From contig JAZRYF010000011.1 of assembly GCA_045600625.1 (NCBI GenBank), positions 8,964 through 72,963 on the forward strand: 64,000 bases of DNA, read 5' to 3'. Both the position numbers and the translations under genes were made by a program. Shown one piece after another: positions 38,829 to 49,740 of this stretch. Below the pieces are notes generated by a model. The model was not told the DNA's origin. It searched no databases and worked only from the letters and a program-made list of their open reading frames with translations. The stretch is from Saccharofermentans sp. (lineage in GTDB: Bacteria; Bacillota; Clostridia; Saccharofermentanales; Saccharofermentanaceae). Each line of letters opens with the position of its first letter. The first letter of the stretch is position 1.

Positions 38829-39548
38829 ATGGAAAAGGTAATCTATATTGCTGATGATGATAATAATATTCGTAACCTGCTGAAGTCATTCTTAGAGCGT
38901 GAAGGTTATGTAGTTTATAGCTTTCCTACGGGAGATGATTTATTAAAAAAATTCCTGTCTGAACCATGCGATCTCATCATACTTGATGTTATGATGCCAG
39001 GAAGAGACGGATTCTTCATACTTGCAGAAATTAGAAAAATCAGTAATGTACCTATCATTATGTTAACAGCACGTGATTCAGATGCTGATTATATTGAGGG
39101 TTTAAATCTTGGCAGTGATGATTACTTTACAAAACCATTCAGTCCAATTAAGCTTGTCACTCGTGTTAAATCAGTATTCGCCAGACAGGAAGCTAATCAG
39201 GTTATGCAGACTGTCGGCAATGATGCTTCTGATACTCTTTTATCCTTTGGTGATATTACGATTAATCGTAAAACAAAGGAAGTATCTTTAAAGGGATCTG
39301 ATTTAAGTCTTACTCCTAACGAGTATTCCCTTCTTTCATACTTAATGATTAATCGTGATCGAGCTGTTCCAAGGGTTGAGCTCTTGGATAAAATCTGGGG
39401 GTATGAGACAGAAATTGAAACACGAGTAGCTGACGATACTGTTAAGCGCCTTAGAAAGAAAATATCTGAGTCAGATGTTAAGATATCAACTGTATGGGGA
39501 TATGGATTTAAGCTTACAGATGTAAGTTCAAGCAGCGACGATGAGTAA
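38829..39548 (+). CDS. OmpR-family response regulator
   Basis: Receiver domain (DDDNNI...DVMMPGRDGF) plus a winged-helix Trans_reg_C domain (VWGYGFKL). Confidence 0.93.
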   Translation: MEKVIYIADDDNNIRNLLKSFLEREGYVVYSFPTGDDLLKKFLSEPCDLIILDVMMPGRDGFFILAEIRKISNVPIIMLTARDSDADYIEGLNLGSDDYFTKPFSPIKLVTRVKSVFARQEANQVMQTVGNDASDTLLSFGDITINRKTKEVSLKGSDLSLTPNEYSLLSYLMINRDRAVPRVELLDKIWGYETEIETRVADDTVKRLRKKISESDVKISTVWGYGFKLTDVSSSSDDE

Positions 39549-41082
39549 TCCCTTCAGGAGAAAGCCTTTTAGAATTCCAATTGCGATTCACTTCTTCGTA
39601 TCGCTTGTTGCTGTAACTTTAATTACAGGAATAATGATTTGGATATCAAGTAACTATATTATGCGTAGTTACATCGCCAGTGAGTGTGAAAAACGTATTG
39701 CTAGTGCCGTTAGCTCATGTCAGAACTTCGCTAAAGCCTTTCGAAATTCTCTTCCTAGTGAAGAAATAGAAGATGAAGAATTAATCAGAACTTACCTTTT
39801 AAATTCAATTGTATCTTCAACAGATTTGTCTAATGAAGCTTCTATTGTTTTGTTCGAAGAGACAGATGACACGGAGCAGAAATTTAATGTTATGTGGCCT
39901 ACAGCTTCATATTCAGTTTCTGCACGTAACAGAGCAGATTATTATCTGAATTCAATCTACGAGAACATCAACAAATCGAACTCATTACGAGAAGGTGATG
40001 TTAACAGCACTATTGTTAATGGTAATCTTGTTTATTATAAATTCTTAAACGTAGAGTACAGCAGTCACGCTGGAGAAGATGAGACAGAATATGATGAATA
40101 TTATCTTTTAATATATATCGACACTACTTCATACTACAGTTTTACATCCTCTATTAATATCGCTATTTTCAGAAATATTATTATTGCAGTTCTCATATCA
40201 ACTTTGATTAGTATTATGATTGCAGTTCCTTTCTTTATCTCCTCCAGACGTATATCAAAATTCGCCAATCGTGTAGGTAAAGGAGACTTTTCTCCTCTAA
40301 CCGGAAGAATCACAAGCAGTGAATTTAATGATATCAGTGTCTCTATGAATACGATGGCCAAGAGACTTGAAAAAGCTGATCAGGAACAAAAAACATTCTT
40401 CCAGAATGCCTCTCATGAATTAAGAACACCACTTATGTCCATTCAGGGATATGCAGAAGGTATAAAGTACGATGTCTTCAGTGATGAGGACAAAATTGAT
40501 GCTGTTGATGTCATTATCAGTGAAACAACGAGATTATCCAATCTTGTTGAAAACCTGCTGTCGATTTCAAAAATGGATATGTCAAAGAGTGGAACTTATG
40601 ATGTTAAAAAGACTGTTGTTGATGTACACGAAATAATTGACAGGACAATAGATATCGTAAGAGGTGGATTCTTACTTGAAGACAAAGAACTGATTACTGA
40701 CATTAAAGCTAATTCAACATATATTCACGCTAACGAAAATGATATTCTGAGAATGCTCGAGAATATTTTCTCCAACTGCCTGCGTTATGCAAACAAGAGT
40801 GTGTATTACAAAGTATACACGAAGCGTAATCATGTAATCTTTGAGATAAGCGATGACGGCCCTGGTATTTCAGACGAAGTCTTAGAAAACCTTTTCGAGC
40901 GATTTGCAAAAAGCAATGATGGTAAGCATGGTATCGGTCTTTCTTTGGCAAAAGCAATTGCGGAAGAACATGGAGGATCTATAGAAGCAGCCAACAAACC
41001 AGATGGCGGAGCAGTATTCAAAATCTATATTCCAACTATTAAACCACGTGAGCAGTTATCTCATAAAAACAACGAGGGCTAA
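39541..41082 (+). CDS. Sensor histidine kinase
   Basis: Two TM helices, HAMP, the H-box SHELRTPL, and the HATPase N/G boxes. It overlaps the regulator gene by 8 nt. Confidence 0.9.
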   Translation: MSNPFRRKPFRIPIAIHFFVSLVAVTLITGIMIWISSNYIMRSYIASECEKRIASAVSSCQNFAKAFRNSLPSEEIEDEELIRTYLLNSIVSSTDLSNEASIVLFEETDDTEQKFNVMWPTASYSVSARNRADYYLNSIYENINKSNSLREGDVNSTIVNGNLVYYKFLNVEYSSHAGEDETEYDEYYLLIYIDTTSYYSFTSSINIAIFRNIIIAVLISTLISIMIAVPFFISSRRISKFANRVGKGDFSPLTGRITSSEFNDISVSMNTMAKRLEKADQEQKTFFQNASHELRTPLMSIQGYAEGIKYDVFSDEDKIDAVDVIISETTRLSNLVENLLSISKMDMSKSGTYDVKKTVVDVHEIIDRTIDIVRGGFLLEDKELITDIKANSTYIHANENDILRMLENIFSNCLRYANKSVYYKVYTKRNHVIFEISDDGPGISDEVLENLFERFAKSNDGKHGIGLSLAKAIAEEHGGSIEAANKPDGGAVFKIYIPTIKPREQLSHKNNEG

Positions 41083-41095
41083 TTAGAAACAAAAA

Positions 41096-41125
41096 AAGAC
41101 GGACCGCAGATGTCCGTCTTTTCTT
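41096..41125. terminator. Bidirectional intrinsic terminator between the kinase gene and rny
   Basis: AAGACGGAC, a 7-nt loop, then GTCCGTCTT, flanked by an A-run upstream and a T-run downstream. Confidence 0.7.
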
Positions 41126-41189
41126 TGGGTGAATTGCCAACTCATAACAAAAATAAATTCTAACTAAGGTAAAAAAGTTTTAATGAATA

Positions 41190-42752
41190 TTATTTAGCAA
41201 CATCAGTTGCTCGAGTCTCACGGATGATATTAACTTTGATCTGACCTGGATAATCAAGTTCATCTTCAATCTTCTTACAAATCTGTCTTGCCTTCAAAAT
41301 CATCTCTTCATCGTTAACCTTCTCAGGCTGAACAATTACTCGAATCTCACGGCCCGCCTGAATAGCATAACTCTTATCGACACCATCAAAACTTGTAGCA
41401 ATTTCTTCAAGCTTCTGAATTCTCTTGATATAAGTCTCAAGATTCTCTCTTCTGGCGCCTGGTCTAGCTGCTGATATAGCATCTGCTGCAGCAATCAAAG
41501 CTGCTTCAGGTGTCTTTGTCTCAACATCGCCGTGATGAGCTTCAATGGCATTGCAGACATTTTCTGATTCATGGTACTTACGAGCGATATCATAACCAAG
41601 CTGTATATGTGTTCCTTCCTGTTCGAAGTCAACAGCCTTACCGATATCGTGGAGAAGTCCAGCTCTCTTGGCGAAATTAACATCAAGGCCTAATTCACCA
41701 GCCATCATACCTGCCAAGTAGGAAACCTCAATAGAGTGCTGAAGCACAATCTGTCCATAACTTGTACGGTAACGGAGCTTACCAAGGAGCTTAATGATCT
41801 CAGGATGTAGGTTCATAACGCCAGTCTCATATGCTGCGCGCTCACCTTCCTGCTTGATTGTCTGATTAATTTCCTTCCTTGCCTTATTCGCCATCTCTTC
41901 AATTCTTGCTGGATGTATACGACCATCAGATACAAGCTTTTCAATAGTAAGTCTTGCTATCTCACGACGAATTGGGTCAAAAGATGAAAGAATAACTGCC
42001 TCAGGTGTGTCATCAATAATAAGATCAACACCTGTAATTGTCTCGATTGCTCTGATATTACGACCTTCACGACCGATAATACGTCCCTTCATCTCATCAT
42101 TAGGAAGGTTTACAACGGAAACAGTAGCTTCCGATACATAATCTGATGCATATCGCTGAATAGATGAGACAATAATGTCTTTTGCAATCTTATCAGCATC
42201 CTGCTTAGTTTTCTCTTCCATCTGCCTGAGCATTACAGCCATATCATGACTATATTCCTTCTCAGCTGCATCAAGCACAAGGCTCTTTGCTTCTGCGATT
42301 GACAAACCTGAGATACTCTCGAGTTCACGCTCCTTAGCTGCTTCAATCTCTCTTACTCTATCAAGAGATTTTTGAGCTTCATCAAGCTTTTTCTCGAGCT
42401 CTGCACGCTTATTTTCTGCGTTCGCGAGCAATTTCTCAACATTGTCTTCCTTCTGCTCAAGCTTGTTTCTCTCTCTTGCAAGTTCCTGTCTCTTCTCTCT
42501 AACATCGTGCTCTAACTCTACGCGCGCCTTAGAGATTTCTTCCTTCGCTTGCAAAAGAAGTTCTCGCTTACGATTCTCAGCATCCTTTTGGGCCTGTGCC
42601 TGAATTTTTTCAGATTCTATCTTAGCCTTTTCTGAATCCTCTGCTAACTGCTTCTGCTTTGCAGATAATCCACGCTTGTAATAGAAATTTACACCAATAA
42701 TTCCAAAAAAGAGACCAAGAACCAATCCAATGATTAAGAATAACCACTGCAT
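41190..42752 (-). CDS. rny: Ribonuclease Y
   Basis: N-terminal TM helix, coiled coil, KH domain and HD domain (LLHDIGKA). The start is ATG 42752 behind GGAGGTG. Confidence 0.93.
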   Translation of the reverse strand: MQWLFLIIGLVLGLFFGIIGVNFYYKRGLSAKQKQLAEDSEKAKIESEKIQAQAQKDAENRKRELLLQAKEEISKARVELEHDVREKRQELARERNKLEQKEDNVEKLLANAENKRAELEKKLDEAQKSLDRVREIEAAKERELESISGLSIAEAKSLVLDAAEKEYSHDMAVMLRQMEEKTKQDADKIAKDIIVSSIQRYASDYVSEATVSVVNLPNDEMKGRIIGREGRNIRAIETITGVDLIIDDTPEAVILSSFDPIRREIARLTIEKLVSDGRIHPARIEEMANKARKEINQTIKQEGERAAYETGVMNLHPEIIKLLGKLRYRTSYGQIVLQHSIEVSYLAGMMAGELGLDVNFAKRAGLLHDIGKAVDFEQEGTHIQLGYDIARKYHESENVCNAIEAHHGDVETKTPEAALIAAADAISAARPGARRENLETYIKRIQKLEEIATSFDGVDKSYAIQAGREIRVIVQPEKVNDEEMILKARQICKKIEDELDYPGQIKVNIIRETRATDVAK

Positions 42753-42857
42753 GTTGGTACTCACCTCCAATATAAAGTTGTCAAAGAACATTTTTATAAG
42801 CTATTATTAGCCTTAACTATAATAAAAATTAATATAAATTGTGTCAAGGACGACAAA

Positions 42858-43805
42858 ATGGAATTTAACTATGTTGTAACATCTAATGAGGACGGAAGAT
42901 TTCTTAAATCTGTTATGGCTTCGATGGGAATGAGCCGTAATATGATTAAGCGAATAAAACTTTACGGTGAACTGGATGTTAATGGTGAACATGTATGGGT
43001 TAATCACATTGTTCACGAAGGAGATATTATCTATGCCAGATACCCTGACGATGTTGGCGATCTCAATAAAGTTCCTAACATCCCTATTCTTTACGAAGAT
43101 AAGTATTTTGCTGTTGTCTGTAAACCTGCTGGTATGGTTACTCATCCAACCCACGGACATCTTGATGATTCATTGCTAACTGCATTAAATTCCTGTGAAA
43201 ATCCTCTTCACCCTGTTATGAGATTAGACAGAGAGACCTCCGGCTTGATGGTTGTTGCAAAAACAGGACATATCCATAAGTTATTTTCCGAGCAGCATAA
43301 TATATCCAAGCAGTATATTGCAGCCGTATATGGTAAATATAATCCAGTAGCAGGAACTATTAACGAAGCTATTAAGCGCAGAGAAAACTCTGTTATGATT
43401 CGAGATGTCGCGTCTCCTGATGATCCTGAAGGCAAGTCTTCAATCACTCATTATAACGAGATTGCTTACGACAAAGAACTTAATATATCACTTATACGAT
43501 TTAAGTTAGAGACTGGTCGCTGTCATCAAATCAGAGTTCACTCCACTTATATGGGACATCCATTAGTTGGAGATGGCCTATACGGACCTAATTCTGATGA
43601 TAATCCTAACGACTCATTTCCTCTAAGCCTTGCTTTGGACAAACAGTGCCCACGAGTTGCCCTACACGCAGCTTATCTTCAGTTTACTCATCCTGTCACT
43701 AACGAAGAGATGACTTTTACTTCCATGCCATCAGATGAGATTTTAAACTTAAGTCCTGAATTCAGAAATCATCTCACGGGCGAGCTCAATAGATTCTTTA
43801 TTTGA
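42858..43805 (+). CDS. RluA-family 23S rRNA pseudouridine synthase (RluD-like, with an S4-like N-terminus)
   Basis: MRLDRETSGLMVVAK catalytic-Asp motif and HQIRVH. Confidence 0.9.
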   Translation: MEFNYVVTSNEDGRFLKSVMASMGMSRNMIKRIKLYGELDVNGEHVWVNHIVHEGDIIYARYPDDVGDLNKVPNIPILYEDKYFAVVCKPAGMVTHPTHGHLDDSLLTALNSCENPLHPVMRLDRETSGLMVVAKTGHIHKLFSEQHNISKQYIAAVYGKYNPVAGTINEAIKRRENSVMIRDVASPDDPEGKSSITHYNEIAYDKELNISLIRFKLETGRCHQIRVHSTYMGHPLVGDGLYGPNSDDNPNDSFPLSLALDKQCPRVALHAAYLQFTHPVTNEEMTFTSMPSDEILNLSPEFRNHLTGELNRFFI

Positions 43806-45434
43806 AGTACCTGACAACAAGCGTGATACCTCCTCTACCTTAGACTCACTATTAAGAGTAGTAATGCTAGTAAATGTATTATTCCCATCAGTATTCTTAG
43901 CAATAAGAAAGTTACCATCAGCAGCGCAAGCCAACTGAGCTGTATGCGATACACACAAAACCTGATGTGCATTTGCAATGGAATGAAGCTTATGAGCAAT
44001 TGCCAGAGAAGCTTTACCTGACACACCAGTATCAATCTCATCAAAAATTAAAGTAGGTACTGTATCACTATTAGACAGAATACTTTTTATCGCAAGCATA
44101 ATACGAGATGCTTCACCCCCTGATGCAGTTAAAGCCAAATTAGACGGATCCTGACCAGGGTTACTTGAGAACATAAAAGTAACTTCATCTATTCCCTTCA
44201 AGTTAAAAAACTTATCCTTAGATCTCTTCTTAAAATCAACATAGAACTTTGCATTAGGCATTTCCAAATCTCTAAGTTCTGACGTAATGCTTTCAGCAAG
44301 CATTATAGCTACTTCTTTACGGCTATTCGAAAGGCAGGTAGCAACCTCTAACAGTTCTTTCTCGCACTCACTTCTTTTAAGTTTTAATCTATTAGACTTA
44401 TCGCTTGCATTTTTGATCTCATCCAATTCTGAAGAAGCATTAACTGCAAAATCATTAATCTCACTAATAGTCTTGCCATACTTTGACTGAAGTTCATAAA
44501 GCAGGCCGATACGCTTCTCAATTCTGGCTGCTTCATCAGGACTAAAACTATTATCAGAGGAAGACTTTTCAAAATCAAAAGATAAAGCTTCAACTTCAAG
44601 ACTTAAATTTTCAAGTCTTGAGATATATTCATCATATGAAGAATCGGATTCAGAGATTCTTTTTATTGTACGAAGAGCTTCAGATAGTCTTGATGCAGCA
44701 GTTAATCCATTACTGTCCTGACCACATAAATAGTTTCTGGCTTCTTCAATCATTCTGGCATTACGAGCCTGAGCAGACATGGCTTTCTTTTTAGAAATTA
44801 AAGACTCTTCTTCACCATCCGTAAACTTAGCTTCAGTAATTTCTTTGATAGCATATTCTAGATAATCTACCCTTGTATAAGACGAACTCAAAAGCGCAGC
44901 AACTCTTTTATACTCAGCTGTTATATCTTTGTACTCCTTCAATTTTTGAGCATAAGAATCAAGCAATTTTTTTATCTTATCGCCACCAAATCTGTCAAGC
45001 ATATCAATATGGTACTTGGCATCAAATATTCTGGAAGTATCATTCTGTCCATGAATATCAACGAGTTCAGAAATTATATCTTTCAAAACAGAGAGAATAA
45101 CAGTTGAACCATTAATTCTCGCGATACTTCTTCCATCTCTGCCGATAGTTCTGGAGACAATTAAATTTCCATCGTCAAGAGGAATTCCATTATCACAAAG
45201 AATAGAATCAACAACAGGATTAGAATAAGAAAATACTGCTTCGACATAAGCATTATCTTTTCCATCACGAATTAAACTCTTAGATGCTTTCTGTCCTATA
45301 ATTAAACCAATAGCATCAATTAAAAGAGATTTACCGGCACCAGTCTCACCCGAGACTACATTAAGCCCATCTATAGGACAAAATACCGCCTCATCTATAA
45401 CTGCAAAGCTTCTAATTTCAAGCCTTGTCAGCAT
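43749..45434 (-). CDS. recN: DNA repair protein RecN
   Basis: 561 aa with Walker A GETGAGKS, a long coiled coil and a C-terminal signature/Walker B (LIFDEIDTGVSG). It sits in the conserved argR-recN context. Confidence 0.95.
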   Translation of the reverse strand: MLTRLEIRSFAVIDEAVFCPIDGLNVVSGETGAGKSLLIDAIGLIIGQKASKSLIRDGKDNAYVEAVFSYSNPVVDSILCDNGIPLDDGNLIVSRTIGRDGRSIARINGSTVILSVLKDIISELVDIHGQNDTSRIFDAKYHIDMLDRFGGDKIKKLLDSYAQKLKEYKDITAEYKRVAALLSSSYTRVDYLEYAIKEITEAKFTDGEEESLISKKKAMSAQARNARMIEEARNYLCGQDSNGLTAASRLSEALRTIKRISESDSSYDEYISRLENLSLEVEALSFDFEKSSSDNSFSPDEAARIEKRIGLLYELQSKYGKTISEINDFAVNASSELDEIKNASDKSNRLKLKRSECEKELLEVATCLSNSRKEVAIMLAESITSELRDLEMPNAKFYVDFKKRSKDKFFNLKGIDEVTFMFSSNPGQDPSNLALTASGGEASRIMLAIKSILSNSDTVPTLIFDEIDTGVSGKASLAIAHKLHSIANAHQVLCVSHTAQLACAADGNFLIAKNTDGNNTFTSITTLNSESKVEEVSRLLSGTSNKESIELAREMISEFRT

Positions 45435-45436
45435 AT

Positions 45437-45898
45437 TTATGAACCTGCCATATCAAGAATTGTAGCAGCTAATGCAGTAGCTTCTTCAATACTGCCAGTA
45501 GCAACAAATACAGTATCATCACCAGCTATAGTGCCAATTACATATTGTAAATGCATAGAATCAAGAGCCGAAGCTGCAGCTTGAGCCATACCTGGCAAGG
45601 TTTTAATTACAACCATATTCATTGCATTTCGACATGACAGAAGTGAGTTAGTAAAAACTGCCAGAAGTCTTCCTGGAGCTACATCTCCAGTCTTATCGAG
45701 TACCGCATATTTACTTTGATTATTAGGAAGAATAACCTTAATAATACCAAGCTCCTTAATATCTCTGGAACATGTAGCCTGAGTTACTTCCATGCCATGA
45801 GACTTAAGAAGATTAGTAAGTTCTTCCTGAGTTGATATATCATGCTCTCTGATAAGTCGAAGTATTAATTCCTGTCTGTCATTCTTGGCCATTTTCAT
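45437..45898 (-). CDS. argR: Arginine repressor
   Basis: Winged-helix N-terminus (QEELTNLLKSHGMEVTQATCSRDIKEL) plus a C-terminal oligomerisation domain (GTIAGDDTVFV). Confidence 0.93.
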   Translation of the reverse strand: MKMAKNDRQELILRLIREHDISTQEELTNLLKSHGMEVTQATCSRDIKELGIIKVILPNNQSKYAVLDKTGDVAPGRLLAVFTNSLLSCRNAMNMVVIKTLPGMAQAAASALDSMHLQYVIGTIAGDDTVFVATGSIEEATALAATILDMAGS

Positions 45899-46754
45899 AG
45901 AAACTACCTCTTGCTACAATCTTACGCTTTACAGTCTGGAAGAATCCTGTAAATCCAAGACTAACCGTCTTACATGGAGACTCTACTTTACTAATTTTGA
46001 GAACATCATTTTGCTCAACATTAGGGAACTCACGTCCATCAGGGCAAATAAGAGGAACTGTCTCAAATTCACCAAGATGAATCTCAACACTGCTCTGAGG
46101 TCCAATAACATAACTCATATGCTGCAAAGTATGAGGGCACAAAGGCGTAACAAGCATTACATCCATAGCAGGCATGATAAGAGGCCCTCCTGCTGCTAAT
46201 GTATAAGCAGTAGATCCAGTAGGAGTTGCAACAACGATACCGTCACCATGGAACTTCTCAACACGTTCACCATCGATATATAAAGTAAGTTTCGTAATAT
46301 GAGGCTTAGCTCCTCTTAATACTGAAACATCATTAAGACAAATATCAGAACTTTTAAGATATCCATCTCTGTCAAAAAGTTCTGCTTTAAGCTGCATTCT
46401 GTTAAGTATCTGATAATTACCAGACAAAATACGGTCAACAGCTTCCTCCATATTACTTTCAGTAACTTCAGTTAAAAATCCGATACTGCCCTTATTAATA
46501 CCAATAAAAGGTTTATTGAGCTCTCTGTACTTTGAAATTACAGACAGGAAAGTACCATCACCACCAATAGACACAATAATGTCTGCAGTCTCAAAAGTAT
46601 CAAACCTGACACCTTCAATAGAAGCTAAGACAGAATCCTTAAGGCTTACACCAAAAATAGGAGTACAACTTCTGGACAATAAAACTTTTGAAAAAGCAAT
46701 TGAAGTCTTAAATTCCACATCACGAGATGTATTCGGGTGAATAGCAAAAATCAT
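45879..46754 (-). CDS. nadK: NAD+ kinase
   Basis: GGDGTFL motif, 291 aa. Confidence 0.9.
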   Translation of the reverse strand: MIFAIHPNTSRDVEFKTSIAFSKVLLSRSCTPIFGVSLKDSVLASIEGVRFDTFETADIIVSIGGDGTFLSVISKYRELNKPFIGINKGSIGFLTEVTESNMEEAVDRILSGNYQILNRMQLKAELFDRDGYLKSSDICLNDVSVLRGAKPHITKLTLYIDGERVEKFHGDGIVVATPTGSTAYTLAAGGPLIMPAMDVMLVTPLCPHTLQHMSYVIGPQSSVEIHLGEFETVPLICPDGREFPNVEQNDVLKISKVESPCKTVSLGFTGFFQTVKRKIVARGSFYENGQE

Positions 46755-46756
46755 AA

Positions 46757-48643
46757 TTAACTCCTCCTTAATACTTTTAATATTCTGTCAGAAATACTAT
46801 CTGCGTCAAGACGAGCTAGCTTTAACTGCTGACTGACAGTTCCTGCTTTAATCATCTGATCCTCTACTGCAAATACAGTAACCTTCCCATCATATCCGTT
46901 CGTTGTAATCTCGTGCTTTAGAGTCTCACCAAAGCCACCTGATAAAATACCTTCTTCTCCAGTAAATACAAACTTAGAGTCACCTATAACTTCTAAGATC
47001 TCGTGGCTGTCAATAGGATTGATTCTCGTAAGACATATAAGTCTTCCCTTCACACCATGCTTAAGTAAAATCTCAAAAGCATCTTCACAAACTTTATCAT
47101 AAAGACCAGTTGTAAACATCACAAAGTCAGAGCCTTCATCTTTTACAATATGAGGTTTGGATATAAGTTCGATATCAGTATATAAACCCTTTTCTTCCTC
47201 AAAAGGAGATGCACCTCTAGGATATCTGATGGCAACAGGTCCATCAATTATATTTACTGCATAATCCATACACATCTTAAGGTCAGTATAATCTCTGGGC
47301 GATAAAATAGTCATATTAGGCATTGAATTAAGATATGCGATATCACGCAGTCCATTATGAGTATGTCCGTCATTACCAACAAATCCAGACCTATCTATCG
47401 CCAAAACAACATGATTATTCATAAAGCAAACATCATGAATTATCTCATCATAAGCTCTTTGTAAAAAAGATGAGTAAATTGCAACAACAGGCACTAACCC
47501 CATACGCGACATGCCGCCAGCCATAGTTACGCAGTGCTCTTCCGCAATACCGCAGTCAAAGAATCTGGACGGGTATTTAAATGCAAACTTATCCATACCT
47601 GTACCAATCGACATCGCAGCACAAATACCAACAACATTCTTGTTTTTGTTTGCAACGTCCAAAAGACTTCCTGCAAAAGCATCAGTATATGATTTCTTAG
47701 AAGAAGGCTTTACACCAACATCCTTATCGAAAGGCCCAACTCCATGGTAATCAGACGGATTTTCCTCTGCGTAACTGTAACCTTTGCCTTTTTTAGTAAC
47801 TACATGAAGAAGTACTGGTACATTTAAATCTTTAACTGCATTAAATGCCTTAATTAAACCTTCAGTATCGTGACCATCAATAGGTCCATAATATCTAAGG
47901 CCCAAATCTTCGAACATTGATGGTATTTTACGATTAACAACGAATCGGAACAACCTCTTCACACCCATTATCAAAGCAATAATCGCATTACCTAAAAGTG
48001 GAATCTTATTCAAAAAACTCTCGGTATTCTTCTTAGCTGACAAATAACCACTGGAAATACGAAGACTCTTGAGATACTTACTCATTCCGCCAACATTCTT
48101 ATCGATACTCATCTCATTATCGTTAAGAATAACAATCATACGGGTATTCTGATGGCCAAGATCATTAATAGCTTCATACGCCAGACCACCAGTCATTGCT
48201 CCATCACCAATTAAAGCGACAACATATTCATCTGTTCCCTTAATATCTCGAGCTCTTGCCATACCCATTGCGGCAGATACTGAAGTACTTGAATGACCTG
48301 TATCAAAAGCATCATATGGACTCTCATTAACTCTAGGGAAACCAGCAATACCTCCCTGCTGTCTTAATGTGTCAAACTGATCATATCTGCCCGTTAAAAG
48401 CTTATAAGAATAAGACTGATGTCCTACATCAAAAACAAGCTTATCCTTGGTGTAATCAAATACAGAAAGCATCGCTACTGTAAGTTCTACACAGCCCAAA
48501 TTACTTGCTAGATGGCCACCATTACTAGATACAGTATTTATGATTTTGTCTCTTAATTCTTCACACAGTAAAACACGCTCATCTTTATTCAATGAAGCGA
48601 TTTTATCTGGTGTTAAATCAGTACCTAGATACTTATAATTCAC
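46757..48643 (-). CDS. dxs: 1-deoxy-D-xylulose-5-phosphate synthase
   Basis: 628 aa with the TPP motif GDGAMTGGLAYEA...NDN. Confidence 0.96.
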   Translation of the reverse strand: MNYKYLGTDLTPDKIASLNKDERVLLCEELRDKIINTVSSNGGHLASNLGCVELTVAMLSVFDYTKDKLVFDVGHQSYSYKLLTGRYDQFDTLRQQGGIAGFPRVNESPYDAFDTGHSSTSVSAAMGMARARDIKGTDEYVVALIGDGAMTGGLAYEAINDLGHQNTRMIVILNDNEMSIDKNVGGMSKYLKSLRISSGYLSAKKNTESFLNKIPLLGNAIIALIMGVKRLFRFVVNRKIPSMFEDLGLRYYGPIDGHDTEGLIKAFNAVKDLNVPVLLHVVTKKGKGYSYAEENPSDYHGVGPFDKDVGVKPSSKKSYTDAFAGSLLDVANKNKNVVGICAAMSIGTGMDKFAFKYPSRFFDCGIAEEHCVTMAGGMSRMGLVPVVAIYSSFLQRAYDEIIHDVCFMNNHVVLAIDRSGFVGNDGHTHNGLRDIAYLNSMPNMTILSPRDYTDLKMCMDYAVNIIDGPVAIRYPRGASPFEEEKGLYTDIELISKPHIVKDEGSDFVMFTTGLYDKVCEDAFEILLKHGVKGRLICLTRINPIDSHEILEVIGDSKFVFTGEEGILSGGFGETLKHEITTNGYDGKVTVFAVEDQMIKAGTVSQQLKLARLDADSISDRILKVLRRS

Positions 48644-48647
48644 TAAA

Positions 48648-49544
48648 TCAATAATTCCTTTTAATAGTAAATTCAGCTAGCTCACGAAGCATTGTAACAT
48701 TTAATCCCATTTTGCTTAATAGGTCCAACGTTCTGTAACAGCCTTCTTCCTCTTCAGAGAGCTTAATTCTGGCATTTTCAATGCCTAATAAAGTAACAAA
48801 TGTAGGTTTATTATCACGCTCATCCTTGCCTGTACTTTTACCTAATAAAGTTTCATCAGCTTCAACATCTAAAATATCGTCTTTTATCTGAAAAGCTAAT
48901 CCAAGATGACCGGCATAATCCTTAAGCAGAGAATATATCTCCTCATTACAGCTACTGAAGAAATATGGAGTTGTAACTGCGGCCTCAATTAAAGCACCTG
49001 TCTTTTTCTCCTGCAGTTCATACAGAGTATCAATACCAATCTTCTTGCCTTCATTAACTATATCAATACTTTGACCGCCAATCATTCCATGAATACCAGC
49101 TAATCTTGATATATTATGAGCTGCAACAGCATACTCTTTACCTTTAGCAGACTGACTAAGTAATTCTTCATAGGCAGAATTTAAAAGCATATCACCTGCT
49201 AATATAGCAATCGCTTCACCGTACTGTACATGACATGTTGGTCTACCTCTTCTTAAATCATCATCATCCATAGCAGGCAGGTCATCATGAATTAATGAAT
49301 ATGTATGTATCATCTCAAGAGAAGCAGCATATGGAACAATTGTAGTTTCATCAACACCAAAATCCTTCAATGCCAGGTATGAAGCATACATTAACGCCGG
49401 TCGAATTCTTTTTCCACCAGCAAACAAGCTATAAGCCGCAGCATCCTTAACTGTATCATTAGCAGGGAGTCTGCTAAAAATCTCTTCAAGATATGGAGTT
49501 ATCCACTTATTTGCATCAAACATCGATTTCATCACTCTCTTCAT
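48648..49544 (-). CDS. ispA: Polyprenyl (farnesyl) diphosphate synthase
   Basis: FARM motif DDLPAMDDDDLRRG and SARM motif FQIKDDILD. Confidence 0.9.
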   Translation of the reverse strand: MKRVMKSMFDANKWITPYLEEIFSRLPANDTVKDAAAYSLFAGGKRIRPALMYASYLALKDFGVDETTIVPYAASLEMIHTYSLIHDDLPAMDDDDLRRGRPTCHVQYGEAIAILAGDMLLNSAYEELLSQSAKGKEYAVAAHNISRLAGIHGMIGGQSIDIVNEGKKIGIDTLYELQEKKTGALIEAAVTTPYFFSSCNEEIYSLLKDYAGHLGLAFQIKDDILDVEADETLLGKSTGKDERDNKPTFVTLLGIENARIKLSEEEEGCYRTLDLLSKMGLNVTMLRELAEFTIKRNY

Positions 49545-49740
49545 TAGTTACAAGATTAACAATAGCTACCTTCTGCTCGATTTCCTTAAGTTTTTCATCA
49601 CACAATGCAGATAACTCAATACCACGAGTATAAAGCTTCAATGAATCATCCAGTGATACATTACCAGATCCAAGCTTATTAACAATTTCCTGCAACTCCT
49701 TAACTGCAGTCTCGTAAACAAATCCTTCTTCCATTGTCAA
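49516..49740 (-). CDS. xseB: Exodeoxyribonuclease VII small subunit
   Basis: 74 aa. FETAVKELQEIVNKL...LDDSLKLYTRGIEL is typical of XseB. Confidence 0.88.
   Translation of the reverse strand: MTMEEGFVYETAVKELQEIVNKLGSGNVSLDDSLKLYTRGIELSALCDEKLKEIEQKVAIVNLVTNEESDEIDV

Noticed and set aside
43749-45434. RecN as an SMC-type defence component (Lamassu- or Wadjet-like)
   Set aside because: It has the canonical RecN length and motifs and sits in the conserved nadK-argR-recN housekeeping context. There are no partner nuclease or kleisin genes.
45879-46757. Absence of the tlyA-type rRNA methyltransferase usually found between dxs and nadK/argR
   Set aside because: Gene order in this cluster varies among Firmicutes. 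The absence from this window says nothing about the genome.
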